Shown here piece after piece: positions 29,603 through 42,880 of a DNA stretch of 64,000 bases (its first letter is position 1; each line of letters starts with the position of its first letter). This stretch comes from Octopus vulgaris (taxonomy: Eukaryota): positions 2,294,001 to 2,358,000 of the forward strand of contig OX597823.1 in the NCBI GenBank assembly GCA_951406725.2, in the 5' to 3' direction. The translations under genes were made by a program, and so were the position numbers. Below the pieces are notes generated by a model, which saw nothing but the letters and a program-made list of their open reading frames with translations, ran no database searches and was not told the origin of the DNA.

Positions 29603-30500
29603 TAGGTGTGTATTAGAAAAAGGAGATTTTTAAAATCAGAAACGAAATACTTGCTGTTTGTCTATGAATCTCCCAAATACCTGACTGGTGCAGCACCACT
29701 GCCACCTTGAAGAATTTCGTGTTGAGTCCAGCATTAGATTCTGGAAGCATAATTTGCAATGTGTCCACTGTTACTGGAATTGTCTGATGGAAAGACAACC
29801 TGGCAGTCGTGTGTTTTTGAGATTTAATGATAATAGTTTAATATCAACAAGTAAGAGGTGGAGGCCATCAGATTGTTTTATATTGGGTTGGCATCAAACC
29901 AAGAGATTCCACTGTACCAGCGACATACCATTAAGGTTTAGTGTTTGTATGTGTATATACATACATGTATCTATGATGCCCCGTAGTTTTTGAGGAGGTG
30001 TCTTGTTGAGCCTGGGTTCAAACTCTTCTCTGGCTGATTTCACTTTTTTTCTGACCAGGATTAATTTAAATTAGTAATTATACTCAGCACTTTGTTATAT
30101 TTTGTGTAGAAATTATAAATTAACAAACCATTCCAGTACCATGGATCAAAGCTGGGTAGATATCATCATCATGATTGGTTGGATGGTTTGACAGGGATTG
30201 GTAAGTCAGAAGACGGCCCCAAGCCCTGACCATTTTCTTTGGTATGGCTGAACATCCTCGTTGTGTTGAGACCCAGTCTTTTAGATTGAATGGATAAACC
30301 CATTTGGTATAAGATTGTCATCTTTGAATTCCAACATTTTGAGATCTAATCTTACCCTTTCTTAGTCCATATCTGCCTTCCTTTGTCAATACAGCACTTT
30401 ACACCATTTGACCGTGACCATCACAGCACCTTCACTTTTCTTTCTTGTAACCATCAACAATTTATATATTTCCTGTTCATCATAATTTCTCTTCCAAAAG

Positions 30501-30721
30501 ATTCCACTCATCAATCCTGTCTTCTCAAAGATTTACTGACCAAGATGGAGGTGGTGTCATGTGGTGTGACAGACTCCTCGGTGACGCTCAGCTCAACTGA
30601 TTGTGGTCAGCTTATTATTGCTGTCCATCAGCAGGATGATGTTAAATACATCCTAGAGATCCAAGCCTCCAGCCAAGGGGTCATAGCTGAAACTGTCCAT
30701 GCCATCTTACTTCGACTTATG
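30501..30721 (+). CDS. FAAP100: FAAP100 exon 5
   Basis: Lies in the frame of ORF 30383-30742. LEIQASSQGVIAETVHAILLRLM ~ VEIQVESSSLADICRAHHAVVGRM. AG acceptor and GTAAG donor; phase 1-0. Confidence 0.85.
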
Positions 30722-30780
30722 GTAAGGGAAACTAAGATTTAATTTATTATTACTAAAGAGAGGTGATAGAAACACTAGGA

Positions 30781-30811
<31 letters not shown>

Positions 30812-31883
30812 ACTGCTTTATAAAAGTCTAGAAACTGTTGCTGTAACATTGCTTTCAAATGTTGACACAAGGCCAGCAACTTTGCGGAGGGGACAGGCAT
30901 GAGTCGATTCCATTGATGACCCCCCCCACTGCTCAGTTGGTACTTACTTTATCAATCCCAAAAGAATGAAAAGCAAAGTCGACCTCAGCAGAATCTGAAT
31001 TCAGAATGTAGAGACAGACAATGACTACAGATGGCAGAGTTGTTGCCATGCCGATATGCTAACGACTCTGCCATTTCAATTCCTTTGTTTGGTGCCACAT
31101 ACTACTGTGTAGAATGGTTAGCTTCTCATCTTTTAACTCTTTCATTGCCATATTTCAATTGAGGTAATCATTCCAGTTTATTTTGGAAACGATGAAGAAT
31201 TCAGTATAAGAGCATTCCTGTTGCTATAGTAACAGGATGAGATGAAGCAAAGCGAATCTACTTCCCACTTTTGCTCACACTAGAAAAACTAGTGTTACCA
31301 GAGAGAGCAACACGTGAACGAGGGTCCCCTCAGTATGCTGCATTAAGTATGAAACATGTTCATACACAAAAAGAAAGCCCCCTAAACCCTAGCTTGAGTA
31401 CCTGAGGACACATGGAGTAAAAGCCTAGCAAGAGAGAAACACAAAGGGAAGAGACAGACATGGCCTCTATGGATGGCAAATATGTATTTTATCACTTTCT
31501 TCTAACGTCTGGGTTGGATGGTTTTGCAGGATTCAATGTGTCCAAGAACTGCACTGATTGACAGTCTCTGCTTTGGCGTGGAGTAGATGTACACAGCAGC
31601 ATGGTTGGATGGTTTGAGAAGTTGACCTTGCAGCCATGCGGTTTCAGGTTCAGTCCCACTCTACAACATCTTGGACAATTGTCTTCTACTGTCAAAAGAA
31701 ATTGCTTCAGTAGCATGTGTTCATCTGACCCATGCTGGCATGAAAAAATTGATGTAAGAAACAAACTAATTACCTAAGTTTCATTTGTTTTCCTATACTC
31801 ATGTAGATGGATATGGTCTGTTCCAGCAGAAAGGGTCATCACATGTCAATGTCCTTCGTCACTTGTTATTGTTGCATTATCAT

Positions 31884-31915
<32 letters not shown>

Positions 31916-33058
31916 AGGTATTGAGCTGGTAGAATCATTAGTGTGCTGGGAAAAAAAGGTCTAGTGACTTCTGCCTATTTATGATCAGGGTTCAATCTTT
32001 GGCGTGGTCATCTTCGCCTTTCATCCTTTCAAATCCAATAAAATAAGGACCAGTTCTGCACCCTCTACATTTCCGGCCTTGTGCTTCTAGTGGAAAGGGT
32101 TATTGTTATTTCCTTGCAGCATAGACAGGATGCATTTTATCATACCTTCAGCACTTGTGGGGGTTGTCTTCCAGGATTAAACTCTCTCTCTCTCAACCTC
32201 CTCCTCCTCCTCAGCAAGAAACCTCTGGCCTCTCCTCTCATATTTTCATCCCCTCATTTACTAGCACAAAGCTGTTCCCTTGCTAATGTAAACTCATTCA
32301 TCAGATAAGGATTTTTTTTGTCTTGCAAGGCACATGGCACCCTGCCACTTGTGTTGGTGGCACAAAAACAGCAGTCAGTCCACACTGTAAAGCGGTTGGT
32401 GTTAGGAAGGACATCACCCAGCCATAGAAACCATCCCCACAGCAGACACATCAGAGCATGATGTAGTCTTTGGTCCCATCGGTTCCTGTCAAAGACCATC
32501 CAACTCATTCCAATATGGAAGGCAAACATTTAATGATGATGATGGTCTCTTTTACGTGCCATGGCACGAGGACCAGTCAGGCTGTTCTGGCAATGACCAT
32601 GCTCAAAAGGTGTTTTTTTTACATGCTACCTGCACAGGAGCCAGTCCGGCGGCACTGGCAACGACCACACCGGAATGTTGATTTTCATGTGCCAGTAAGG
32701 CAACGCTGGCAACGATCATGCTTGAATGGTGCTTTTTATGTTCCACTGGCACAGGAACCAACGATCACGCTCGGATAGTTTTAATTAATCATTCATTATG
32801 TCATTGCTTTGTGATTTTGATGTGATTGTTTATTTTTAAGATGACTTGGTCGATTAGACGTGAGAGGGTGGATCTGTCCAGTTCAAACATAAAACAAGTA
32901 GAATCTTTGCATTTGATATGATGGCCAGTTTAAATACTAAAAGGTTAACAAAAAAGTCTCTCAAATGCTTTTAAGTACATAACGATTGTAAATTTTAATT
33001 AGTCTGAAATTTTCTTTGGTTTCTGTTTTAATTATTTTTGCTTTTGATATTTGAACAG

Positions 33059-33121
33059 AAATTGCTGTCTGCTAAGCCAACTGTGACATTGGACTGTTCC
33101 AAGTTTGGTCAAGAGATGGAG
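33059..33121 (+). CDS. FAAP100: FAAP100 exon 6 (KLLSAKPTVTLDCSKFGQEME)
   Basis: T-rich tract plus CAG, 21 open codons, GTGAG donor; phase 0-0. Confidence 0.78.
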
Positions 33122-33283
33122 GTGAGAGGATAAAACATACTTTTATTGTTAACCCCCTAAAGACTTGTGTTCTTTTATTGTTATCCTATAATAAGCTAGG
33201 TACTTTTTTTTACCCCACAAGACTTTGGCACATTAATTGTTACCCCACAGTGTTTCAGGAGTTGTGTTTGTTTCCCTCTTCAG

Positions 33284-33427
33284 ATAATAACAGAAGAAGT
33301 GAAATCAATCCAGGAAGATCTGAACTCTGCAGAAATGGTCAACAGTAAAATCATGACCAGAGTTTTATTGACGTATCTAAAGTCAAGGAACCTTGATTTC
33401 ATCATAACATCAGATTTGTATTCTTGA
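33284..33427 (+). CDS. FAAP100: FAAP100 terminal exon 7 (IITEEVKSIQEDL...RVLLTYLKSRNLDFIITSDLYS*)
   Basis: CAG acceptor and TGA at 33425-27. Matches the FAAP100 C-terminus LLREVQTLRDRL...RLLQVYRQLR. The spliced CDS is 2502 nt, or 833 aa. Confidence 0.85.
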   Translation: MITEEVKSIQEDLNSAEMVNSKIMTRVLLTYLKSRNLDFIITSDLYS

Positions 33428-33831
33428 CACAAACTTATTTATTTACACTTTTTGTTTTTTTTTTTTTTTCTGTTGTAGTTTTGCATTTAATTTCACATAT
33501 TTATATTTTACATCAAATCTTTTTTTTTTTTCCCCCCAATTATTGTGTTTGTTTTTGGATGTTTTTCCTAAATGCTAACTTTTCCAGTCCTGAAGTGATT
33601 ATGAAGTCAGGGGTGAAGGTTATTCTCAGTAAGAATAAACTGGAACAAGCAAAGTTATGTACCACCTTCTTCTTAAGATTAAACAATGTCTTGAAGAAAT
33701 ATTTCACTTGATGACCAAGAGTTTAGCTGTTTAGCCTCTCCACTCTCATGCTGTTTCTCTCTCTCATTCCCTTTCTCATTTGTGTCTGTGTTATAAAGAT
33801 GTCTGAAAACAAATGTCACAGCCATGAAAAA

Positions 33832-33837
33832 AATAAA
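33832..33837 (+). terminator. Candidate polyadenylation signal of FAAP100
   Basis: AATAAA about 400 nt after the stop; another AATAAA lies at 33634-33639. Confidence 0.35.
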
Positions 33838-34109
33838 CGGCACCACCACCGAATTAGCTGTCGGGAGGAAAGTAAAAAAAGTGTGACGTCAATCATCCAC
33901 CTTCATTTGTTTCCGTAGAATTTATCAAATTAGAAAACCCAAATTTAATATATTTTCTGAAATTGCAAATTATTTAAAATATAAAAATATAATTTTCAAC
34001 AGAGAGAATTTATCAAAATATAAAACAAATGAAGTTTGAAGTTAAGTCTAAAAATAAATGTGATACTTATGCTCTGTAGATACTTATGCTCTGTAATGTT
34101 TCACATGCA

Positions 34110-34319
34110 TGCATATTGATGTCGAATTTGTTCCAATAACTTTCCGAATATTTCGTCCTTAAATTCATAACACCACATGAATTCAATGAGATGGGATTGA
34201 AGTAAATTTCGGGCTGTTCCATTTTCTCTTTTGTTGCAATTCTTCACATGCTTCCATAAGCATTCTATGTGGTTGGTTGTGGCAAATGTTACCGGATCAA
34301 CAAAATTTATGGAATGATT
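34110..34319 (-). mobile_element. Merlin/IS1016-like transposase C-terminal remnant
   Basis: Manual translation NHSINFVDPVTFATTNHIECLWKHVK...GTARNLLQSHLIEFMW matches the Merlin motif NHSxNFVDPxTGxxTNxIExxW...LxEFxW. Confidence 0.8.
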
Positions 34320-34839
34320 TTTCTACTTTCACTTCTGACAGCTAATACCATGACCGTGCCTAAATAGGTAATATATTTGAATGTTGTAACTGTTTCTGTT
34401 GCTAAAATCTCCAACCAGCTGAGAGTAGTGGAAAAGCAAAAGACTTTGTTGTCCAGGGTATAAATGGGTTTCTAAGGTTGTGTGTATAAAGTTCCCCATT
34501 TTCAAGTGGCCTTCTCTTCGTTCATTGCATTTTGTCACCTTTTTGGGGTTTTAATTTTTATTCCCTTCATATTACAGGGGAAACTCTAACAGCAATACTT
34601 GGAAACATAGGTAAATCCGTCCAAAGGGCGTAATTCTTGTAGAAAGAACTGCAGCACTCGCAGACATGTGTAAAATCCTTTAGAAGACCTCAATCTCAGC
34701 AAATAGGCTGCCATGAAAACAATAACGAAATACTTTTGTATGTGGAAAATGAACGGAGATGTTACTCATCGCATTTTTCTTTTCATCTGTTTTACTTCCC
34801 GGCGGAACATAAGTGCAATTTTTTCCTTGGGAAGCAAGC

Positions 34840-35862
34840 TGCTTTATTTCTTTTAAATTGCCATAAAGGCATTACACAGAGGGGACACTACAACACATGT
34901 GGGGACATTTAACAATAAAAATTAAAATATGATGGATGCTATGAATGACACATGAAAATGGACATGAAAAACATTAAAATCAAAATATTTATATAATGAT
35001 ACATGAATGATAACTTGAGAATATGAGAATATGAGAATATGAGAAGTGTGTCACTCACCCCCCACTGAGTAACACCACTCACCACCTCTGAGTCCTGAGT
35101 CCTCTTTAGTCTTTAATCTAGTCTTTCCTTTTTCTCCATCGCTGAGTGACAACACTCTCTCCTCCATATACACATAACCTTTTTCACCGGGAGAGGGGTC
35201 TTTTATATTTTGTGGTGTCTGTTCTTTCTTCTTTTTTTTCCTGTGGGGAGAGGGGGTGGGTGGGTTTGGTGTCTGAGTGGTCTTGGGCGGGGTGGAGTTG
35301 ATCTGGGGTCCCACGTCACACAGACTGTTTCCTTTTATTCTCGCTCACCGTCCATTCATCCTCCTTGTTCTTTCCTTCCTTCCATCTGTATTTCTTACTT
35401 TTCCTCCTCTGTCTTCTGTTGTTTTCCTCTGTAGAGGGCAGTGCACTCTAAAGTGGCCCTTTTGGCCACATTTAAAGCAGTGTGGGATTCTGCCCTCGAC
35501 CCATACTCTTAAAACTATCTCTCCCAATGATTCTGTCTCTGCCAAATTTTCCAGATGTTTTTCCTCGGTCTGAATGATAAGTTCAAGCGACTTCCCTTTA
35601 AGTCTTCCGTTTCCGTGGCCTGGAGGACAGCCACTTCCTCTTCACTTCCAATGAGGACGGCTGCCGCAACCCAAGCCACATTTATATCAGGCGGAATTCC
35701 TTCTACCCTTATCTTGGAAGTCCTTCATCCAAGATACGTGGGTAAAAGGACCATTTCCTCCATCTTTACTGTTTTACCCGCCAACCTCCTTGCCTCCTCC
35801 TCTGATCTAAACTGAACAACCATTGTCCCATATTGGCATCCTCTTGTCATGTGCCTCAAGCC
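34840..35862 (-). mobile_element. Second Tx1-like ORF1 fragment with 3' UTR and no ORF2
   Basis: VLLPTYLG and RVWVEGRIPHCFKCGQKGHFRVHC are homologous to the ORF1 at 52178-52996. AATAAA lies on the minus strand at ~34843-34848. Confidence 0.75.
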
Positions 35863-36960
35863 ATTGACAATTTTCCATTGCTGTATGACATGGAGCATTG
35901 TCTTGTTGAAAGACGACATGGTTTTCTGAAACTCCTGGATGCAGTTTAGCAATTGATGGCTTTAAAGCATCCGATAAAGTAGACGCATAAGTAGCTGAAT
36001 TCATCCTTCTCTGATATAGAAACATTTCTCTGGGTCCTGTGGCAGGCCCACACCATGATAGAACCACCCCCATGTTTCTCAGTTGTTACCAGGCATTCAG
36101 CCTTAAATGCTTCCCCAACCCTGCGACACACAAAAGTTACACCTGATGTACCGAAAACTCGAGTAAAAACATGAAAAATAATATTAGCTTTATGTTGGAT
36201 GACTTTTTTATATATTTTGGGCAAGAAACCATTAACATTAAGTTTATATGTTGATTGAATACATGTACTATCTTACCTCATAGTTACTTACATCAGACCA
36301 ATATGACTTTTGACCATTGCTCACTGATCCAATTTGAGTGTTTTTTGGCCCAATGAAGGCATTTTTCCATATTCGCTTCAGAAACCCATGGCTTCTTCCT
36401 GGCTTTACAGCCTTTCAGACCATACTCTACAAGCCTTCTCTGACAGTTCTGGTTGATATTTGTGAAGTATTTGCCTTGTTGAAGTCTGCACAGAGTTCCG
36501 AAGATGTTTTCCTTCTCTTTCTGAGCAACTGACAGATGATGGATCTATCATCACGAGGTGATGTGACCTTTTTTTCTGCCAGTTCTTTGTATTGTCTCTC
36601 TGAAGTGCACATTGAGACCATTTCATCTTCTGAACAATCTTCATGATGTGCTATGATTTGACCTCGCGCACACTCACTCAACTCCCTTGTTTTAGGCATT
36701 TTACTGTTAATTAACTCTATCTACAATATATTTTAGTATAAAATTCCGAAATAATCAAGGAAACGTAAGTTAATCTTGGACATTGGTCTTACTCATAATT
36801 GGTTGCATATATACAAGTAGTAATTGATGCTAAAGGAGGGTCAACCAGATATTAAAACTAATATATATTTCATAATCTACCATGTGCACGAGTTTCATTA
36901 ACATTGAGGTAGCAGAACCCCAAAACATTGGGCTGGCCTAATACTTTTGGCCTAGGCTGT
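35863..36960 (-). mobile_element. Tc1-family transposon 5' part with a long TIR and probable intron
   Basis: MPKTRELSECARGQII at 36699, then WSD, KHGGGSIMVWAC and FQQDNAPCH. Terminus TACAGCCTAGGCCAAAAGTATTAG. The TIR includes an inverted transposase C-terminus (VIDAKGGSTRY*). Confidence 0.85.
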
Positions 36961-37199
36961 ATATGTCTACATATATGTATTTCAGTATTATGCACCTCAA
37001 CATGTATGTAAGGATTTCTACCTGTAAATGAAAGAAAGGGGTGATTATAGATAGGTACTCCCGATTGGTCACCCCAATTGTGGGTTTGTATTCCTATATA
37101 CAGACAGCTTCAGTGACTTGTCTCAGCATTGCATCAGTGGGATGTGTGGATAAGATGTCTAACCTAAGTCTCCCCAAGGAGCCCTTGTGACAGTCTACA

Positions 37200-37590
37200 G
37201 CATGCTGATAGATGATAGAGTCTGGTTTATTTTTTCAATGTAGTTGTCCAGGTGTTCTTTGAACCTATCATTGATACTCCTAGAAGTCTCACCTATGTAT
37301 GACTCTGGGTTAGTCGCGCAAGCTCCCTTCTTGGCACTTAATCTGGTGTACAGTGTTTTTCTTTCTGCAGTTCACATGTGGGTTTGTAGAACATACTGCA
37401 CAATTATTTTGACACGTGATTCTATCAAATGGATATGATTTACTTAATTACAGATTTGATAGTCCTACCTGTCTTTTCTACAACTTTGATATTAAGGCCA
37501 GTTGTGTGCAGGATTTTCTTAAATACCCAACTTAATTCGTTAATTTCCATTATTATTAACGACCTTTCCGCATCCGTCAGGCAATTTGAA
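37200..37590 (-). mobile_element. Penelope-like GIY-YIG endonuclease remnant
   Basis: Manual translation ESYIGETSRSINDRFKEHL at ~37250-37306. Confidence 0.7.
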
Positions 37591-37599
37591 TATTCCATC

Positions 37600-38743
37600 A
37601 GTATAAAATTTCACTGGTTTTGAAGAAAAAAATGTTATCTAGATGCATCTTAATTCCGTCTAAATTGTTAAATGTTTTTCCTTGCAATGAGTTCTGTAGC
37701 GGCAAAAACAAATGGTAGTCAGGTGGTGCGATATCAGGAGAATTTGGTGGAAGGAGTAAGAGATTCCAGCCGAATTTATGTAACTTTATTTGGGTAGCCA
37801 AAGACACACGTGGTTAGGCATTGTCTTGTTGGAACACTGCCCCTTTCCTGTTGGCAGTTTCTGGTCTCAGTTCATTGATTTTTTTTGGTTCAAATTAGCC
37901 ACTTGATGATTGTACACACCAGAATTAATGGTCTGGTTTTGTGGCAGAATCTCATAATAAATAATGCCTTTATGATCCCACCAAACACAAAGCATAGCTT
38001 TTCTGGCATGGATATTTGTCTTTGGTTGCTGTTTTGGGTGTTCCTTACACAAACTCCAGGATCTTTTGTGCACTACATTTTTGGTACACAATCCATTTTT
38101 CATCTCCAGTCACAAGTTGTTTCAAAGAAGGCATACTTTCATTCCTTTTCAAAAGCATATCACAAATGGAATATTGGTTCAAGCAATTCTTTTCCGAGAA
38201 TTTGTGAGGGACTCATACATTATAGCGAGAAATGTATCCTAGCTTCACTAGATGTTCTTGAACCATACTTTTAGAAATTTCCAGCCCCTCTGCAAGTTCT
38301 CTCGTCATATTTGAGTTTTCTTCGATTTTTACCTTCAAAACATCTTCATCCCATTTTGAAGGTCTTCCACTGCGACGTTCTTCTTCGAAGCTAAACTCTC
38401 CAGCTTTAAATTTTGCAAACCACCTTCAAACACTTGATTCACCCACAGCATCATCATCACCATAATCTTCACAAATGTTTTTGCAAATCGTTGCAACATT
38501 TTCTCCTTTTTTAAAAAAGAAAAGCATTACAATGCGAATATGAAATTTTTGGTTCTCCATTTCAAATGTCAATAAAGGGGAATCCGGAATGAAGGATAAA
38601 TCTGTTTTTAATCAAGAACAAAGAAGAGATGCACCACCACTTCAAGCAATGCCAAAGTCTTACCTGTGTTACCTTTCAGGTGTGTTCAATGAAGCGTTAA
38701 AAGATTCAGCTTGAAAACACTCAGAACTTGCCGGACAACCTTA
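37600..38743 (-). mobile_element. Mariner (DD34D-type) transposon, decayed
   Basis: ATG at 38560 (MENQKFHIR...RSGRP), then MLCVWWDHKGIIYYE, QQDNA and PPNSPDIAPPDYHLF. TIR-like TAAGGTTGTCCGGCAAGTTCTG. Confidence 0.88.
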
Positions 38744-39469
38744 TATTATTTTACCATTTCTTTTAATGGTTCTATTGGTTTTGTTACTCTTTTTGTGGAT
38801 GAGCACTAAAATAATAGACAATTCTCAGAAGTCTTAACAAAACGAAAATTATTTATTACAGGAGGAATTGGTGATAGCATTCTGAAATATGGTGTACCAG
38901 AGTCTCAGGTAAACATAAGAAAAATTATGAGCTCCTGGTTATAGAATTTACAAATCCAGACAAATGTGGATGCGTCATATTAAAAGTCCATCACACAATA
39001 CTGCATAATATATAAATATGGGAGAAGAGATGAAGAATGTGGAACATGGTAAATGTTCAAATAGTCCAGAAACTGTTAAGTTTTACAGTGTTTTTCCATT
39101 CGATATATTTTCCATGTGGTGGAAGTGAATTCCAACAACGAAGAGATACTGTGTCTTGCTTCTTTCGGGACTTGTCAGGAACTGCCTAAAATCTTGCTGT
39201 GTCTTATGACAGGTGGCATGTATCTATACACAATGCCCTCAGTTGGCTAAACCAACCAAATCACACACAGCCAGGTGACAGTTTATCTGTTTCTTCTATA
39301 TGGCTACCCTTTCTATCTACACCTATCAGTCCCTTCACTTCTACCTTACTCTGCTGCTTCCTGGGTACTCTTCTTAGTGTTGTGGCTGCATTTTTCTATT
39401 TAGGTCCCTATTACATTTATATGTTTTTATAGGGCCTAATATTCTGTGGTTATAGGATCACCTCCAGTC

Positions 39470-39760
39470 TTAATAACATTGTCTGCATATTGGAACTACT
39501 TTATTCTGTACGTGTCCTTCCCTATCTTTATACCTTGCCCTAGCAAATGCTGAGTTGTAATATGCCTCTTCATCAGCAAACAGCCTGGATACTCTGTTAG
39601 ATACACTTCTTGGGGATACTTCACAACATATACTCTTGGTTGTTGGATCCCAACTCACATAGTTCAAGCTTTCATTTTGCAAATGGAACGGTTCGAACTT
39701 TTCTTCTTTGAGGTTAAATTTTGCATCAAGGAATCTTACAACTCTATGATTTCTATTTCC
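39470..39760 (-). mobile_element. Penelope-like RT C-terminal/thumb remnant
   Basis: VRFLDAKFNLKEEKFEPF...LNYVS...PRSVSNRVSRLFADEE resembles the PLE FLD/thumb region. Confidence 0.55.
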
Positions 39761-39923
39761 AGTCCACAGTTTTTAAAGAATTTAATAAGTGTTTTTCTTA
39801 CATCTTCCTATTTCTACATTACTACTTCTAATACAGTGTAAATAATGCATCATCTCTATATAATCCTCCTCCTAAGTTCAGGTACCAACATTCTATTATT
39901 GATGATAAGTATATTCCTACTGT

Positions 39924-39956
<33 letters not shown>

Positions 39957-40395
39957 GTTTAACGTCCGCTTTCCATGCTAGCATGGGTTGGACGGTTCAA
40001 CTGGGGTCTGGTAAGCCCGAAGGCTGCACCAGGCCAGTCAGATCTGGCAGTGTTTCTACAGCTGGATGCCCTTCCTAACGCCAACCACTCCGAGAGTGTA
40101 GTGGGTGATTTTATGTGCCACCGACACAGGTGCCAGACGAGGCTGGCTGACGGCCACGCTCGGATGGTGCTAATTCATTTGACCCCATTTTTATGCTGTA
40201 TGAAACCTCCCTATCAGACCAAGTCCAAAGTTTGCTTTCATATTTTATCATGGTGTTTCTAACCATGAAGATTATATCTATTTTGTCTCTAGGAAGGTCA
40301 GAGTTACTTTTTTGCAAATAATAGCACCTTGTTTAGGACAACTGGATTTATTGAGTAGTAGTAGCAGTAGCAGCAGCAGCAGTAGTAGTAATAGT

Positions 40396-41560
40396 AGGCA
40401 TCCGTCAGTCTCGAGAGACCCTGGATCTGCACCTGAAGAAATTGTGTCAGCTGCTGATGGTGGTGCAGCGTCTGCTGTGGCTGTAGAGGCCCACAGGGGT
40501 GTGGCAGTCACACAATGACTGCATTTGAAGGAACTCTCTACCGGTTTTAACTTTAGCCGAGTGCTTTTGTCTCTGCTGGCAAGTTCCTGTTTTTCTTCCT
40601 CTCACTTCATCCCCTTTCGCAATATTTGTCTCCAAAATGGGCAATTATCTGTGACCTCCTCCAGGACATCCAGATCAAATGATTTCATATCTCTCTTGCA
40701 GATGTCCTTGAAATGAAGATGAGATCATCCTCATGCTCTTGTGCCAATGACCAATTCCCCATTCAGGAGGACTTTTGGGATCCTCCCGTCCAGCATGTGA
40801 TGTATATGACCGGGTCAGTGCAGGTGGTGCTGCTGCTGGAGCAAGGTGAATACACCAGGTGTCCTGGCATGGTTGGAGACTTCAGTGTTGGTGATGCGGT
40901 CGGTCCACTTCATATCCAGGATGCATCTCAAATTATGAAGATTGAGATGCTGCTCCTGTCTGAAGTAGAGGCTCCATGTCTCACTGCCGTAAAGTAGTGT
41001 ACTGAGCAAGTATGCCTTATAGACATCAGTCTTGGTGTCGGTGGCCAGTTTTCTGTTCTCCCAGACTCTCTTTGTGAGCTTGGGAAATGTGGAGGATTCC
41101 TGTCCAATTCACCTACTGATCTCAGGGTTCAGGAAGAGGTCTTCAGAGATTGTAGAGTCAGGGTAGAAGAACTGATGGACTACCTCCAGCTTGTAGTGGA
41201 GGGGGGGGGGGGTGCAGTGCTTGACTTATTGGTCCAGGCTGAATTCCTGACTGGCCTTTGAGAGTTTGTCCACAAGGTGCTGCATTTGCTCCCCAGAGTG
41301 CACTGTCAGTGTTGCATTGTCTGCAAACATCATTTCTCTGATGAGTACCTGACGAACCCTGTAGTTTGCTTTCAGACTAAACAGTTTACCGTCTGATCTG
41401 GTGTGAAGGTAGACACCATTTGGTGATATTCCAAATGTGTGTTTCAGCATGACTGTTAAGAAGATGCCAGACAGGGTCGGGGGCAAGTACACAGCCCTGC
41501 TTCATGCCACTACATATGCTGAATGCCTCCAAAGAAGAGCCATCAAATTGAACGGACACC
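40396..41560 (-). mobile_element. RTE/BovB-like LINE 3' fragment
   Basis: MMFADNA and TLLYGSETW motifs. The 3' end GTCTCTCGAGACTGACGGATGCC is followed by an (ACT)n tail. Confidence 0.82.
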
Positions 41561-41727
41561 TAATGGAATGAACGCATGAATAATGACTTACCGTAATATC
41601 CATGGATATTACAAATTACATTGTAATCATCCAAATGGATACAGGTTATAGTCACAAACAACATGGGATTCATGGAAACATGCGTAGTGATGCATTTAAA
41701 TATTTATGAAATTCCATCCTTAGATTA

Positions 41728-42411
41728 TTATTACCTCTGCCTTCGTTAAGGTGGAGGTATTGTTTTCAGTCCTGGTCATTTGTTTGTTTGTCTGTGGACA
41801 AGATATCTCAAGAAATGCTGGATAATTCAGATGAAACTTTCAGGGATGTTTGGTCTCATGACTGGCATGAACTGATTAGATTTTGGGATCGATCCGGTAC
41901 CAGACAAGGATTCTGGATTATTTCTTATATTTACTTTACATGAAGTATTACAATCTTATGTTGACTTTCAAGTCTTTCTCTGATTATCTCCCTTATATAT
42001 TATACATACATATTAACACTTTACAGTATACTTATATATATATACATACACCTATACATCAATCTAAAAGAACGGGAATATTAGATGAAGGCCGGAATTT
42101 AAGAGAAGAGAAAACCAAAAGGTCTCATGCTGTTCCTTTAAAAATTCCTGATACTGCCACAACTAGATTTGAGGCTGCCAGAACTACACTTGATCAGTCA
42201 GCAGAGACCATTCATGAAACTTGTGGGGCTGTCCAAAGGTGGGCAAAAAGCCATTTCTGGCAGAGCCATCAATGTACCATCCAAGCTGCAGTCCGTTGTG
42301 TCATCGTTACCAAGACTACCAAATTCATCCGATGTCATCGCATTGAAACTCAAATGGAGGTTGGCATATAAAGGATGTTATATGCACGAATATGTGCATC
42401 CGAAAAAGTGA
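41728..42411 (+). mobile_element. Helitron/Helentron remnants: HINE-like head and a fragment of the domain preceding Rep
   Basis: Palindrome ACCTCTGCCTT-cgtt-AAGGTGGAGGT followed by GTTT/GTCT repeats. ORF 42169-42411 PFMKLVGLSKGGQKAISGRAINVP...LPR...LKLKWRLAYK...EYVHPKK resembles the DUF6570-type Helitron domain. Confidence 0.65.
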
Positions 42412-42559
42412 ATGGAGGCACTTTGCTGGCCTCAGAAAAATAATCCCTTGTACAAGGACATCAAGGTCTGTCATGAATGGGAAAACCAGTGCAGGGAGAG
42501 AAAGCTGAGGCACAGTCAATGAATTGTGCACAAGAAAGGGCAGTTTGGATAACAGTGGG

Positions 42560-42880
42560 TGAGGGATATCTATGTAGGGCAAGCCATGATGGGGTGGCCA
42601 GAATTGTCGGGCTTGTGGATCTCGGGAAGGAAGTAAATAGTGAGAGCATGTGGGGTACAGACAACAAGGTTGGAGATGGTGGGAGGAGGAAATAATTGGT
42701 GCAAGATACAATCTGTTGGTAGTTTGACATGGGTCTGGGGGGGGGGGGGCAGATGGTGATAGAAGGAGGTGTCTTGAAATTGGTGGAGCACTTTAGCCTT
42801 ATAGAAGTCAGCAGACCATACCACTACAGCTCCACCTTTGTCAACCGGTTTGAGGGTAATGTCTTGACAGTGTTGGAGAC
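42560..42880 (-). mobile_element. Penelope-like RT N-terminal remnant
   Basis: ITLKPVDKGGAVVVW...YFLPEIHKPDNSGHPI matches the PLE motifs KxADKG and YxLPKIHK..P.RPI. Confidence 0.75.

Noticed and set aside
37095-37142. Hammerhead-like remnant downstream of the GIY-YIG fragment (CTGATGC...GAAG-CT-GTC, minus strand)
   Set aside because: The position is suggestive, but two core bases differ and stems I and II are broken; at most a dead relic.
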